IMG/VR virus record: IMGVR_UViG_3300046531_000318
Location: 28,867 to 92,866 of that record
Strand: one strand, 5' to 3'
Origin: a virus
Lineage: Duplodnaviria > Caudoviricetes
Length of the DNA: 64,000 nucleotides
Position 1 is the stretch's first letter, and every line of letters begins with the position of its first letter. Of the stretch, positions 18,141 to 26,571 are shown one piece after another. The position numbers were made by a program, and so were the translations under genes. The notes below the pieces were generated by a model. It did no database searches, had not been told where the DNA came from, and worked only from the letters and a program-made list of their open reading frames with translations.

Positions 18141-19592
18141 ATGGACTTTCAACACAGCACTTCCGGCATGTCCACCGCTGGTGCGATGGGCCTGAACGAA
18201 CTGGACGAGTTGCGCAAGTCGCTCGAAGCCGGTTACGAGTCGGACGTCGACGGCATGACCGGCGGCTCGGCCCTGCGTATTCAGTCGCTCGACCTGAACC
18301 TGCAAGCAACGGTGCAGGACAATCGTCACTTCGCGCTGTTCAATGCGTTGCCGAAGCCCCGCGCTACGGCTGTGCTCGATGAATGGACGGAGCAGTCGAG
18401 CATCGGTGGCTTCTTCGGCAGCACGTTCAACACACAGGACGGCGCCGCGATGGAAACCAACGGGGAATACACCCGTATGGTCGGTCAGGTTAAGTACATG
18501 ACCACCTATCGCAAGATCCCGATCATCATGCAGCGTCAGAACAACATCGTTGACGCGACGACGGTCGAAACGACCAACGGCACGAAGCAGCTGCTCACGG
18601 ATATCGAAGTCGGTCTGTTCGAAGGCGACGATTCGGTGTTGCCGCTGTCGTTCCCCGGTATCCGCAAGCAGATCGAGAGCCTCGGTTCGAGCGATCACAT
18701 CATCGATATGGCTGGCGCCCCGTTGAGCGATATCGCCCCGATCGCGCAAGCGGCCCAGGTGATCTTCGGCTTCGGCAACTTCGGCCGTGCGACGGATATC
18801 TACCTGCCGCCGAGCGTGCAGACCGACCTGAACATGGATCTGGATCCGGCATTCCGCGTCATCCAGAACGGTCAGGCGAGCGCGACGGTGCGCGGTACGC
18901 ACGTGTCGGGCATTCAGACGACCTACGGCGAAATCGCCACGAAGAACGACGTGTTCATTCGTGACGAAAAGCTGAAGACCCCGTTCGAAATCCGCAGCGC
19001 TTTGCACCAGGCGGTCGCGGCTGCGAACGTCGGCTTCAAGCCGGCATCGATCACGATCACGCCGAACGCTGTCGACGTGAAGTCGAAGTTCCAGGCCAAC
19101 CAGGGCGGCAACTTCTACTACGCCGTCACGGGTATCAACCAGAACGGCGAATCGCAGGCTGTGGTTTCGGCGCAAGCCGCGATCGTGGCGGGCGGCTCGG
19201 CATCGATCGCTATCGCCGCGTCGGCTTCGGGTACGGAAACGGGCTATGTGATTTATCGCGGTCGTCTGAACGGCACGAACCAACTCTCGGACCTCCGTGA
19301 AATGGTGCGTATCCCGAAGACTGGCGCGACGACCACGTACCTGGACACGAACTCGGAAATCCCGGGCTCGACCGCATCGTTCGTGCTGAACCTGAGCGAA
19401 TCGGATCACGCGATCGCCTGGCGTCAGTACCTGCCGATGATGAAGATCCCGATGGCAGCCGTCAATTCGCCGATCCAGCCGTGGCTGCAGATGATTTGCG
19501 GCTTCCTGCGGATCACGAAGCGCAACCAGCACATCGTGATCAAAAACATCGTGCCGAACAAGTCGGTCTGGCGCGCGTTCCCGCTGGCGTAA
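18141..19592 (+). CDS. Major capsid protein (SPO1/Twort-like N-terminus)
   Basis: KSL.AGY..D....GG.ALR.QSLD, IE..LF.GD, F.GI, IID..G..L, G.ATD..LP; strong GGAGG RBS; biased codon use. Confidence 0.9.
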   Translation: MDFQHSTSGMSTAGAMGLNELDELRKSLEAGYESDVDGMTGGSALRIQSLDLNLQATVQDNRHFALFNALPKPRATAVLDEWTEQSSIGGFFGSTFNTQDGAAMETNGEYTRMVGQVKYMTTYRKIPIIMQRQNNIVDATTVETTNGTKQLLTDIEVGLFEGDDSVLPLSFPGIRKQIESLGSSDHIIDMAGAPLSDIAPIAQAAQVIFGFGNFGRATDIYLPPSVQTDLNMDLDPAFRVIQNGQASATVRGTHVSGIQTTYGEIATKNDVFIRDEKLKTPFEIRSALHQAVAAANVGFKPASITITPNAVDVKSKFQANQGGNFYYAVTGINQNGESQAVVSAQAAIVAGGSASIAIAASASGTETGYVIYRGRLNGTNQLSDLREMVRIPKTGATTTYLDTNSEIPGSTASFVLNLSESDHAIAWRQYLPMMKIPMAAVNSPIQPWLQMICGFLRITKRNQHIVIKNIVPNKSVWRAFPLA

Positions 19593-19666
19593 TCGGTGCC
19601 CCGGCCTAGCCGGGGAATCGTTGAGTACGGAGGCTCCTTTGGGAGCCTCTTTTCGGAGATAGAGAT

Positions 19667-19963
19667 ATGAAGATCATCTGCAAACTGCCGAACGCGGCCG
19701 AAGTCATCAACGGCATCAAGTTCGCTACGCACAAGCTGGGCATGATCTCGGAAGAAATCGAGGAAGAAGTCGCTGAGCACTTCCTGAAGATTCCGGGCTA
19801 TGTGCGCGTTGGCACGCCGGCGAAGGCGACCACAACCGATTCCACCGCGAGCACCGCGGCTGCGACGGACACGGCCACGACTGCCGCTGCTCCTGCCGCG
19901 ACGACTGCGGCTGACGCGAGCGCGGCGACCGCTGCCGCTGCGACGACCGAAGCCGCGAAGTAA
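19667..19963 (+). CDS. Small virion protein with Ala/Thr-rich tail
   Basis: Follows the capsid gene; LPNA...INGIKF..F..IPGY core. Confidence 0.7.
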   Translation: MKIICKLPNAAEVINGIKFATHKLGMISEEIEEEVAEHFLKIPGYVRVGTPAKATTTDSTASTAAATDTATTAAAPAATTAADASAATAAAATTEAAK

Positions 19964-19983
19964 GCGCGCTCGAGCAGCACCCC

Positions 19984-20022
19984 GAAAATCCGCCACCGGG
20001 CTGCCGGTCGGCGGATTTTTTT
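19984..20022 (+). terminator. Rho-independent terminator after capsid operon
   Basis: AAAATCCGCC.ACCGG..CCGGT.GGCGGATTTTTT hairpin plus T run. Confidence 0.7.
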
Positions 20023-20023
20023 A

Positions 20024-20039
20024 TTCGTGATCGCACACT
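20024..20039 (+). promoter_or_regulatory. Variant late promoter (TTCGTGATCG-CACACT)
   Basis: Restarts transcription immediately after the terminator. Confidence 0.6.
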
Positions 20040-20066
20040 GGCCGCATTGCATTTGCGAGGTTTGGC

Positions 20067-20891
20067 ATGTCCACCACCATGACTTCGGCTCTGTTCCCCG
20101 ATCAGGCCGCCGCCATCACCGATCTGCGCGCGTGGCTCTCTATGGGCGCCGGGCAGTACATCAATCTCTCCGCTGTGACCGACGACATGCTATGGGACAA
20201 GCTCATGGCGGCCGAGTCCGAGGCGGAGCGCTCGCTGCGCGTGTTCTTCAGTGCCACCGAGGTTGTTCCGGACGACGCGCCGGACGCAGAGATAGCCGCG
20301 CTCGAGGCGGCCAAAACCCGCTACATCACGGTCTCCAATTTCGACTACGACCCGGATCTGTTCCTTAACGACGCGTGGGGCTATATCCAGCTGGCGCACA
20401 AGCCGATTCAGGCGATCCGCTCGGTAGTCATCGCCTTCCCGACACCGTTCCTCCAAAACTATCAGGTGCCGGCCGACTGGCTGCGTCTCGACCGGAAATA
20501 CGGCCAGCTTCAGTTCGTGCCGACGTCGACGGCGGCCGTCACGCCGGTCGGCGCGTACGCGGTCGCGATGTGGGGCGGATCGATCTATCCGCAGGCGGTT
20601 CAGATCCGCTACCTGTGCGGGCTGAAAAACGCGAGCGGGCAGGTGGTGACCAGTTTCGCGCCGCACTGGAACGACCTTGTCGACGTGGTTAAGCGCATGG
20701 CGATCGGCAAGCTGCTGAAAACAGCCTTTCTGCCGACGTCCGGCTCCATCTCGGCGGACGGCCTGTCGCAGTCCAACAGCTTCGATATGGCCGCGTGGCA
20801 GGACAGCATCAACGAGTCGCTGTTTGGGCCCAAGGGGTCGAACGGCGGCCTCTACGCGTCGATTCACGGCATCACGTCGATGGTGGGCTGA
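20067..20891 (+). CDS. Head-tail adaptor/neck protein
   Basis: Synteny; W.YIQL...PI..I, I.Y..G, S.S.DG.SQS motifs. Confidence 0.7.
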   Translation: MSTTMTSALFPDQAAAITDLRAWLSMGAGQYINLSAVTDDMLWDKLMAAESEAERSLRVFFSATEVVPDDAPDAEIAALEAAKTRYITVSNFDYDPDLFLNDAWGYIQLAHKPIQAIRSVVIAFPTPFLQNYQVPADWLRLDRKYGQLQFVPTSTAAVTPVGAYAVAMWGGSIYPQAVQIRYLCGLKNASGQVVTSFAPHWNDLVDVVKRMAIGKLLKTAFLPTSGSISADGLSQSNSFDMAAWQDSINESLFGPKGSNGGLYASIHGITSMVG

Positions 20892-20892
20892 C

Positions 20893-21540
20893 ATGCAATT
20901 CAGTCCAGACGCGTTTAACCGGCTGCTCGGCGCGAGCGGCGTGATCGGTCAGCAGTACATGTGGTATCGCGCGGACGCGTGTCCGTGCATCGACCGCCAC
21001 TCTGGCGCCGCGAACCCGGCGTGTCCGCTTTGCTTTGGCAAGGGGCGGCAGTATGCGGCCGGCGTGCAGGGCGTTGCCGCGATGGCGGGCGCGAAAACGC
21101 AGCGCGAGTGGGCGCAGTTCGGCATCTACGAGCAGGGCGACGTCGTGGTGACGATCCCCGAAGAGTCGGCGATCTATGACATTGGCCAGTATGACCGCGT
21201 GACCGCGCTCAACAGCACCGTGCGGTTTTCGGAGGTGCTGCGCCGCGGCTTGCCGAAGGAGCGCCTGCTGTTCGCGCCAGAAACGGTCACACGGCTTTTC
21301 TGGCTTTCGTCCGATGGCACGACTGTCGTGGAGGGCACGGTGCCCACTGTGGGCACTGACGGGGTTCCTGTGTGGTCTGCGGGAGGGGCTCCGCCGGCAG
21401 GGGTCGCGTACACGATCACGGGAACCAAACTCATCGAATACATGTGCTTCGGTAACTTCCCGTCAAACCGGAACATGAATCAGGGGGCGCGGCTGCCGCG
21501 CAAGGTGGTATTGCGCGACTCCGATCTGTTCCAGCGCTAG
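20893..21540 (+). CDS. Head closure protein
   Basis: W.RA..CPC......CPLC.G.G..Y; D.I...DR motifs. Confidence 0.7.
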   Translation: MQFSPDAFNRLLGASGVIGQQYMWYRADACPCIDRHSGAANPACPLCFGKGRQYAAGVQGVAAMAGAKTQREWAQFGIYEQGDVVVTIPEESAIYDIGQYDRVTALNSTVRFSEVLRRGLPKERLLFAPETVTRLFWLSSDGTTVVEGTVPTVGTDGVPVWSAGGAPPAGVAYTITGTKLIEYMCFGNFPSNRNMNQGARLPRKVVLRDSDLFQR

Positions 21541-22394
21541 GACGAAATACCCTCGCGGCGCATCGCTTCTGCGATCGCCGCTTCTGCCACGGGCTGCAAG
21601 TGCTCGGCGACGTCCTTTGCGAGGTAAAGACCGGGCTGCGCCGGAATTACCCAGCCCTTGGACTTCTCCGACATGACCCGGAATGTCAGGTAGGAACTTC
21701 CGCCAGTGGATTCCTTCATCCGGACCATGCCCGCGTACCGGCGCTGGTTCTCCTTCGACTCGCCGGACTGCGCGAGCATCTTTCCGGTTAGGCGCTCGCC
21801 CCACTTGTAATTGTTCTGCGCCACCAGGTACGTTTTCTTGGTGCCCACGTTCGACAGGTAGGGCGTCTGGATCGGTGATGGCGTCATGCCGCTGCCAGGC
21901 GAGAGCAGTGTCACCTCGCCGGCCGCGCGATCGCCTGTGCCAGTTACCGCGCTCGGCTTCATCTGGCTCGCGAGCGCGTAGACGCTCGGCGGCATTGCCG
22001 GAGCATGCGCTGCGTTGCCTGGCGAATTGTGTCGCATGGGGATGACAAGGAATCTAGTGCCGTCTTTTGTTCGGCGCACTTTGGTGCTCGTATTCAGCAT
22101 CAACTTGAGATCGCGCGGCGGCCGTCCGCTCTCAATCTCCGAGGCGTACTTGTAGCTGGCGATCACATCGGCGCGCAGGCCATCAGCCCAATAGTCGATG
22201 CGGATCGACTGGATGTACTTCTGCTTTTCGACGCTCCACAGGGGCGCTACGTTGATCGCGTCGATCCAGTTATGCGCCGCCTCCTGTGCGATCGCGCGCA
22301 CCGCCTGGGCGAGCAGCGGATACACCTGCTGATTGAACACTTTCTGCACGTCTGAGACGTTGGGCAGCGTCAGTTTGATCGAGTAATCGGCCAT
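21537..22394 (-). CDS. Neck/tail-completion virion morphogenesis protein, encoded on the opposite strand
   Basis: YA..IE.G....DLK..L....K.R..KDG..FLVIP.RH, Y.TFR..S..S.GW..P; AAGGAG RBS; own inverted late promoter. Confidence 0.7.
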   Translation of the reverse strand: MADYSIKLTLPNVSDVQKVFNQQVYPLLAQAVRAIAQEAAHNWIDAINVAPLWSVEKQKYIQSIRIDYWADGLRADVIASYKYASEIESGRPPRDLKLMLNTSTKVRRTKDGTRFLVIPMRHNSPGNAAHAPAMPPSVYALASQMKPSAVTGTGDRAAGEVTLLSPGSGMTPSPIQTPYLSNVGTKKTYLVAQNNYKWGERLTGKMLAQSGESKENQRRYAGMVRMKESTGGSSYLTFRVMSEKSKGWVIPAQPGLYLAKDVAEHLQPVAEAAIAEAMRREGISS

Positions 22395-22414
22395 CTGAAT
22401 TTCTCCTTTGCCTA

Positions 22415-22430
22415 AGCGTGCCGTCACGAA
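22415..22430 (-). promoter_or_regulatory. Putative late promoter, minus strand (TTCGTGACGG-CACGCT)
   Basis: Back-to-back with the + strand copy; points at the inverted neck gene. Confidence 0.7.
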
Positions 22431-22446
22431 GTCGTGACGCGAGCCT
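22431..22446 (+). promoter_or_regulatory. Putative late promoter (GTCGTGACGC-GAGCCT), leaderless
   Basis: ATG 22453 lies exactly 7 nt after the conserved T. Confidence 0.75.
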
Positions 22447-22452
22447 TATGGC

Positions 22453-23289
22453 ATGGGCATTTCAATGATCATCGCGCTCCCGATCGGGAACGCACTGCGA
22501 ATTTTTATCGAGCCGCCGGCGGGTGCCGAGTTGTGGCGCGTGCTGCGCACGACTGGAACTTCGTTCGCCAGCGAAAGCGACCCGAGCGCGACTGTCGTGT
22601 TTCAGGGCGACATGCGCTCGATCGTGGACGCAGATGGTCTTGCTAACGGCGTCGCTTACACCTACGGCGCGTTCTTCTACGACGGCACTCAGTGGATAGC
22701 AGGTGCGGTCGCCGTGGGCACACCGCTCGCCGCGTATCAGGACAACAGCACCGACGTGCTGTCGCTAGTCCGCGATCGCCTCGAGGTGGGCCTTCAGAAC
22801 GAGGTCGCACGAAAGACGCTAACGCCGCAGGACGGCGCTATCGAAGTGCTCAATGCGCCGCCCGCTTTTGAGGACAGCAGCTGGCCTCTCGTCACCGTGC
22901 ACGTGACCACCGACGGCAGCGGCGAGCGTGCGATCGGTGAAGACCTCAGCCCCGATTTTTTTGACCCGTTGGGCGGCCTTTTCGACCAGGAGGACGGCTG
23001 GCTTGCACGCGTCCACCTGACCATCGTCGGCTGGTCGAAAAACCCCGACGAGCGGATCGCGATGCGCAAGGCATTGCGCCGCCTGGTGATCGGAAACCTG
23101 CCTGTGTTTGACGCGGCGGGCCTGACCCACATCGATTTCCAGCAGACCGACGAGGACGAGATGAACGCCTACCCGGTGCCCATCTACCAGTCCTTCTGCA
23201 CGTTCACCTGCCTCGCTCCGGCAGCAGTTGGAACCGCTTACGGCGTGATTTCGGACGTGTCGATTAACCCGACTTTCTCCACTCCCTAG
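22453..23289 (+). CDS. Tail terminator/completion protein with beta-sandwich N-terminus
   Basis: Synteny before the sheath; P.VTV, I.GWS.N..ER. Confidence 0.6.
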   Translation: MGISMIIALPIGNALRIFIEPPAGAELWRVLRTTGTSFASESDPSATVVFQGDMRSIVDADGLANGVAYTYGAFFYDGTQWIAGAVAVGTPLAAYQDNSTDVLSLVRDRLEVGLQNEVARKTLTPQDGAIEVLNAPPAFEDSSWPLVTVHVTTDGSGERAIGEDLSPDFFDPLGGLFDQEDGWLARVHLTIVGWSKNPDERIAMRKALRRLVIGNLPVFDAAGLTHIDFQQTDEDEMNAYPVPIYQSFCTFTCLAPAAVGTAYGVISDVSINPTFSTP

Positions 23290-23328
23290 TCCCGGCGTAA
23301 CAGCCCTTTAACCCTTGCATAAGGACTT

Positions 23329-23607
23329 GTGATGACCACTGAAACGACGGCGTCGAGCGACGCGGCGGCAACCGAGACGACTGCCGCCGCAACGGTCACC
23401 GACACCACTTCGACTACCGCCGCGCCCGCGGCTGCCGGCTCGCGCGAGGTCACGTTGCGCCAGTTCGCTCGCGAACTGTCCCTGCGCGACAAACGCGTCG
23501 CGCTGCTGCACGGCTTCGTGTTCGAGGAAGAGCTCGCGCGGCGATTCAAGGACACCGAAGCGAGCTATCAGGCCCGCTACGTCGAGTTCGCCAACAAACC
23601 CATTTAA
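23329..23607 (+). CDS. Small tail-associated protein with Ala/Thr-rich N-terminus
   Basis: AAGGA RBS; ends F.NKPI; directly before the sheath. Confidence 0.65.
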   Translation: MMTTETTASSDAAATETTAAATVTDTTSTTAAPAAAGSREVTLRQFARELSLRDKRVALLHGFVFEEELARRFKDTEASYQARYVEFANKPI

Positions 23608-23620
23608 GGACTGACTCTCC

Positions 23621-25348
23621 ATGTCTTACTACTTCAACGGGGTCGTATACGAAACGCCGACCACCGTGTCGGCGATCAACGACGACGCGATGGTTCCGGC
23701 GGGCGTGTCGACGCAGAACGTCCCGTGCCTGGTCGGTCTGTCGGCCGGCGGGCAGCCCAACGTAGCGCTGACGTTCACCGATCCCAAGGTGGCGAAGAGC
23801 ACGCTCGTCTCCGGCGAATTGCTGCAGGCAGTGCTACGCGCATTCTCCCCGAGCGACGAGACGGGCGGACCGGCGAAGGTTGTCGCCATGCGCGTCAACC
23901 CGGCCTTGCAAGCGTCGCTAGTCCTCAACGACGCGCAGTCGGATCCGGTGATCAACCTCGTCTCCAACGACTACGGTCTGCTGACGAACAAGATCAAGGT
24001 TTCGATCGATGCGGGATCGACGCAAGGGCTGAAAGTCAGCGTTGCGCAGGGTTCGGCCACCGCGTACACGAAGGACAACCTGTACGCGTCGCCTTTCTCC
24101 CTGCAGTACACCGGGCAGGCCGCTTCCGCGACGATCGGCATCACGAACAGCACGGTCATTCTCTCGGCGCCGTCGGGTTCGCCCGTCGCGACCATCGACC
24201 TGAACACGTTCGCGACGATTCAGGAACTCGTGGACAGCATCAACATGGTCCCGGGCTTTGCAGCGATCGAAACGAGCGGTTTCGAAGAGGCACCGTCGCT
24301 GAACGGCCTTGACGCCGTCACGGCACAGGACGTGAAAACGTCCGAGTACAACGTGCTCGCCAACCTTCAGGCTGTCATCGACTGGTTCAACGGTTCGGCG
24401 CAGCCGCTCGTGTCCGCCACGCGTGTTGCCAACGCCGGCACCCCTCCCGCACCGATCGCCTACACATTCCTGACCGGCGGCTTGGATGGCGTTACCACGA
24501 CCTCGTCCTGGAGCGACACGTTCGACGCGCTGCAAACGGTCGACGTCCAGTGGATCACGCCTGTTACCTCGAATCCGACGGTGCATGCGATGGTCGACGC
24601 ACACGTGCAGTACATGAGCACGACGGGTCGCAAGGAGCGCCGAGCGGTGTGCGGCACGCCTCTGTCGACGTCGGACGATGTCGCGCTCACGCTGGCGAAG
24701 CAGATCAACTCTGACCGCACGTCGCTGGTTCACCTGGGCCACTACGCGTACGACCTCACCGGCGCGCTGTCGGGCTTGCAGCTGTACCCGCCGTATCAGT
24801 CTGCCGCAGCCATCACTGGCGCGTTTGCTGCCGTGGCCCCGGGCGAGCCGCTCACGAACAAGACGCTGAAGTTCGCAGGCCTCGAGCGAGATCTGCTGGT
24901 GCCGGCGAACACGGACCCGCTCATCCTGGGTGGCGTGCTGTGTCTCGAGAACACGGACGAAGGCTACAAGGTCGTGAAGTCGATCTCGACGTGGCTCGCC
25001 GATAAAAAGTACGACAAGGTCGAGCAGTCGGTCGGCTTCGCGTGCGACTTCATCGCGCGCACCGTGCGTACGAACCTCGACGTCCTGCGCGGCGGCAAGA
25101 ACAGCCCGCTCCGTCTCGGTCGCGCCGTGCAGATCACCGAGACGACGCTTCGCGCGCTGGCGGTTGCCGAGCCGAACGGCCCGGGCGTGATCGTCGGCGA
25201 CGCGGACAGCCCCGCCTATACGGGCATCACCGCGACGATGGTCGGCGACGCAATCGCAGTGTCGTTCCAGTGCTCGCCCGTTCTGCCGACGAACTACGTC
25301 GGCATCACCATCTACGTCGTTCCGTTCAGCGGCACGGCGTCGGCTTAA
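23621..25348 (+). CDS. Tail sheath protein
   Basis: G...GG.P, SGELL.A..A..PS, L.GG.DG, S..GRKERR, GEPLTNK, GVL.LE, PV.P.NY. Confidence 0.9.
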   Translation: MSYYFNGVVYETPTTVSAINDDAMVPAGVSTQNVPCLVGLSAGGQPNVALTFTDPKVAKSTLVSGELLQAVLRAFSPSDETGGPAKVVAMRVNPALQASLVLNDAQSDPVINLVSNDYGLLTNKIKVSIDAGSTQGLKVSVAQGSATAYTKDNLYASPFSLQYTGQAASATIGITNSTVILSAPSGSPVATIDLNTFATIQELVDSINMVPGFAAIETSGFEEAPSLNGLDAVTAQDVKTSEYNVLANLQAVIDWFNGSAQPLVSATRVANAGTPPAPIAYTFLTGGLDGVTTTSSWSDTFDALQTVDVQWITPVTSNPTVHAMVDAHVQYMSTTGRKERRAVCGTPLSTSDDVALTLAKQINSDRTSLVHLGHYAYDLTGALSGLQLYPPYQSAAAITGAFAAVAPGEPLTNKTLKFAGLERDLLVPANTDPLILGGVLCLENTDEGYKVVKSISTWLADKKYDKVEQSVGFACDFIARTVRTNLDVLRGGKNSPLRLGRAVQITETTLRALAVAEPNGPGVIVGDADSPAYTGITATMVGDAIAVSFQCSPVLPTNYVGITIYVVPFSGTASA

Positions 25349-25359
25349 GGAGTTAGAAC

Positions 25360-25806
25360 ATGGCTGGTACGACTACCGCTCAAACGTCGGTAAATCTGAA
25401 AACCCGCTCGGGTAACCGCTGTGTCGCCATGTTCGGTGGCGTGCAGATCGGTCTGCTCCAGTCGGTTTCGATGAACGACTCGTACGATCCGGAGCCGGCA
25501 AGCGGCATTGGCGATATTCACGTTCAGGAGTACGTGCCCACGATGGCGCGGCACTCCATCAGCGTGGAAGCAATGGTGCTCGATAAGGGAGCGATGATCT
25601 CCGCCGGCGTCGCGATGGAGAACGGCGACGCAGTCCTGCAGGGAGTCGTGTTCGACATCGAAACCTACGACAAGGACACCGGCACGCTGCTGCGCAAGTA
25701 TGTCGGCTGCTCGTACGCATCGGGCAGCGTAACGATCAACAAGCACACGATCGTGATGCAGCAGGCTCAGTTCATGGCGCTCGACGTTAGCGGCGCCACG
25801 ATGTAA
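25360..25806 (+). CDS. Tail tube protein
   Basis: SGNR, IG..QS, GIGD...QE.VP, Y.GC; follows the sheath. Confidence 0.85.
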   Translation: MAGTTTAQTSVNLKTRSGNRCVAMFGGVQIGLLQSVSMNDSYDPEPASGIGDIHVQEYVPTMARHSISVEAMVLDKGAMISAGVAMENGDAVLQGVVFDIETYDKDTGTLLRKYVGCSYASGSVTINKHTIVMQQAQFMALDVSGATM

Positions 25807-25858
25807 TGCATCGCCGGCCGCCAGCACGGGGCCGGCGTTCTTTTAGGGATTAGGGAAT

Positions 25859-26269
25859 ATGCCACGCGAAGCAAAAGAATCCGATTTCCACGTCGACGTC
25901 GACGGCATCGGGCAGTTTATGTTTGCCCGCCGAACGATGAAAGACCAGTACATGATCCGTGGCGAATACGCCCGGCTCACCGGCGGCCACTACGACGACG
26001 AAGGCAGAATGGCGGATATGTCCGCGCTCGGCTATGCCACCTTGACCGTCCTGCTGGTGGAAGGCCCGAAGTCGTTTGACGTCGCCGCGCTCGACCCGCT
26101 TCTGGATGATGACTTCGACAAGAAGATCCTGAAGATCTATTCTGCGCTCCGCGCTAAGGAGTTGTCTTTTCGACCAGGACCGGCGACGGCGGGCGAAGGA
26201 GCGGGGGCGGGCAATGGCGAACACGTTCGCCCTGTGGTTCCGCCAGAAGTACAACCTCCCACCGTCTGA
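25859..26269 (+). CDS. Tail assembly chaperone (G-like)
   Basis: Between tube and tape measure; contains the SFR (TCT TTT CGA) shift site. Confidence 0.75.
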   Translation: MPREAKESDFHVDVDGIGQFMFARRTMKDQYMIRGEYARLTGGHYDDEGRMADMSALGYATLTVLLVEGPKSFDVAALDPLLDDDFDKKILKIYSALRAKELSFRPGPATAGEGAGAGNGEHVRPVVPPEVQPPTV

Positions 26270-26519
26270 TCCTCGGTTCCTCGCGCTCACGCCCGAGGAC
26301 ATTGAGGCTGAGTATTGGGCGGCCCACTATCAGTCGAACAAGGTCACGGAAGAATTCGAGGACAACGAATTCGACCAGGACGCCGAAATTCGACGTATTG
26401 AAGAAGCCGCCGAGGCGCGCGAGCGCGCTGCCGCTGAAGCCGCGGCGAACGCGCCCAAGCCCGAGCCGCTTCCCGATCCGGCGACCGTGAAGGATTGGGA
26501 GGAAGTGCCCGACCTCTGA
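26214..26519 (+). CDS. Tail assembly chaperone second ORF (T-like; probably reached by +1 frameshift)
   Basis: WFR.KYNLPP.DPRFL..T.E.I motif; frame is open back to 26169. Confidence 0.7.
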   Translation: MANTFALWFRQKYNLPPSDPRFLALTPEDIEAEYWAAHYQSNKVTEEFEDNEFDQDAEIRRIEEAAEARERAAAEAAANAPKPEPLPDPATVKDWEEVPDL

Positions 26520-26523
26520 TCGT

Positions 26524-26539
26524 GTCGTGACGTCACCCT
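26524..26539 (+). promoter_or_regulatory. Putative late promoter (GTCGTGACGT-CACCCT)
   Basis: Motif copy upstream of the tape measure gene. Confidence 0.7.
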
Positions 26540-26571
26540 GCTTGAATCGTATGTAAAAGCAGGGGATCGCG

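Noticed and set aside
18090-19532. Long antisense ORFs (e.g. 18090-19532, 29651-30811, 12855-13808, 896-1885)
   Set aside because: Shadow frames of GC3-biased genes on the opposite strand; no motifs or RBS.
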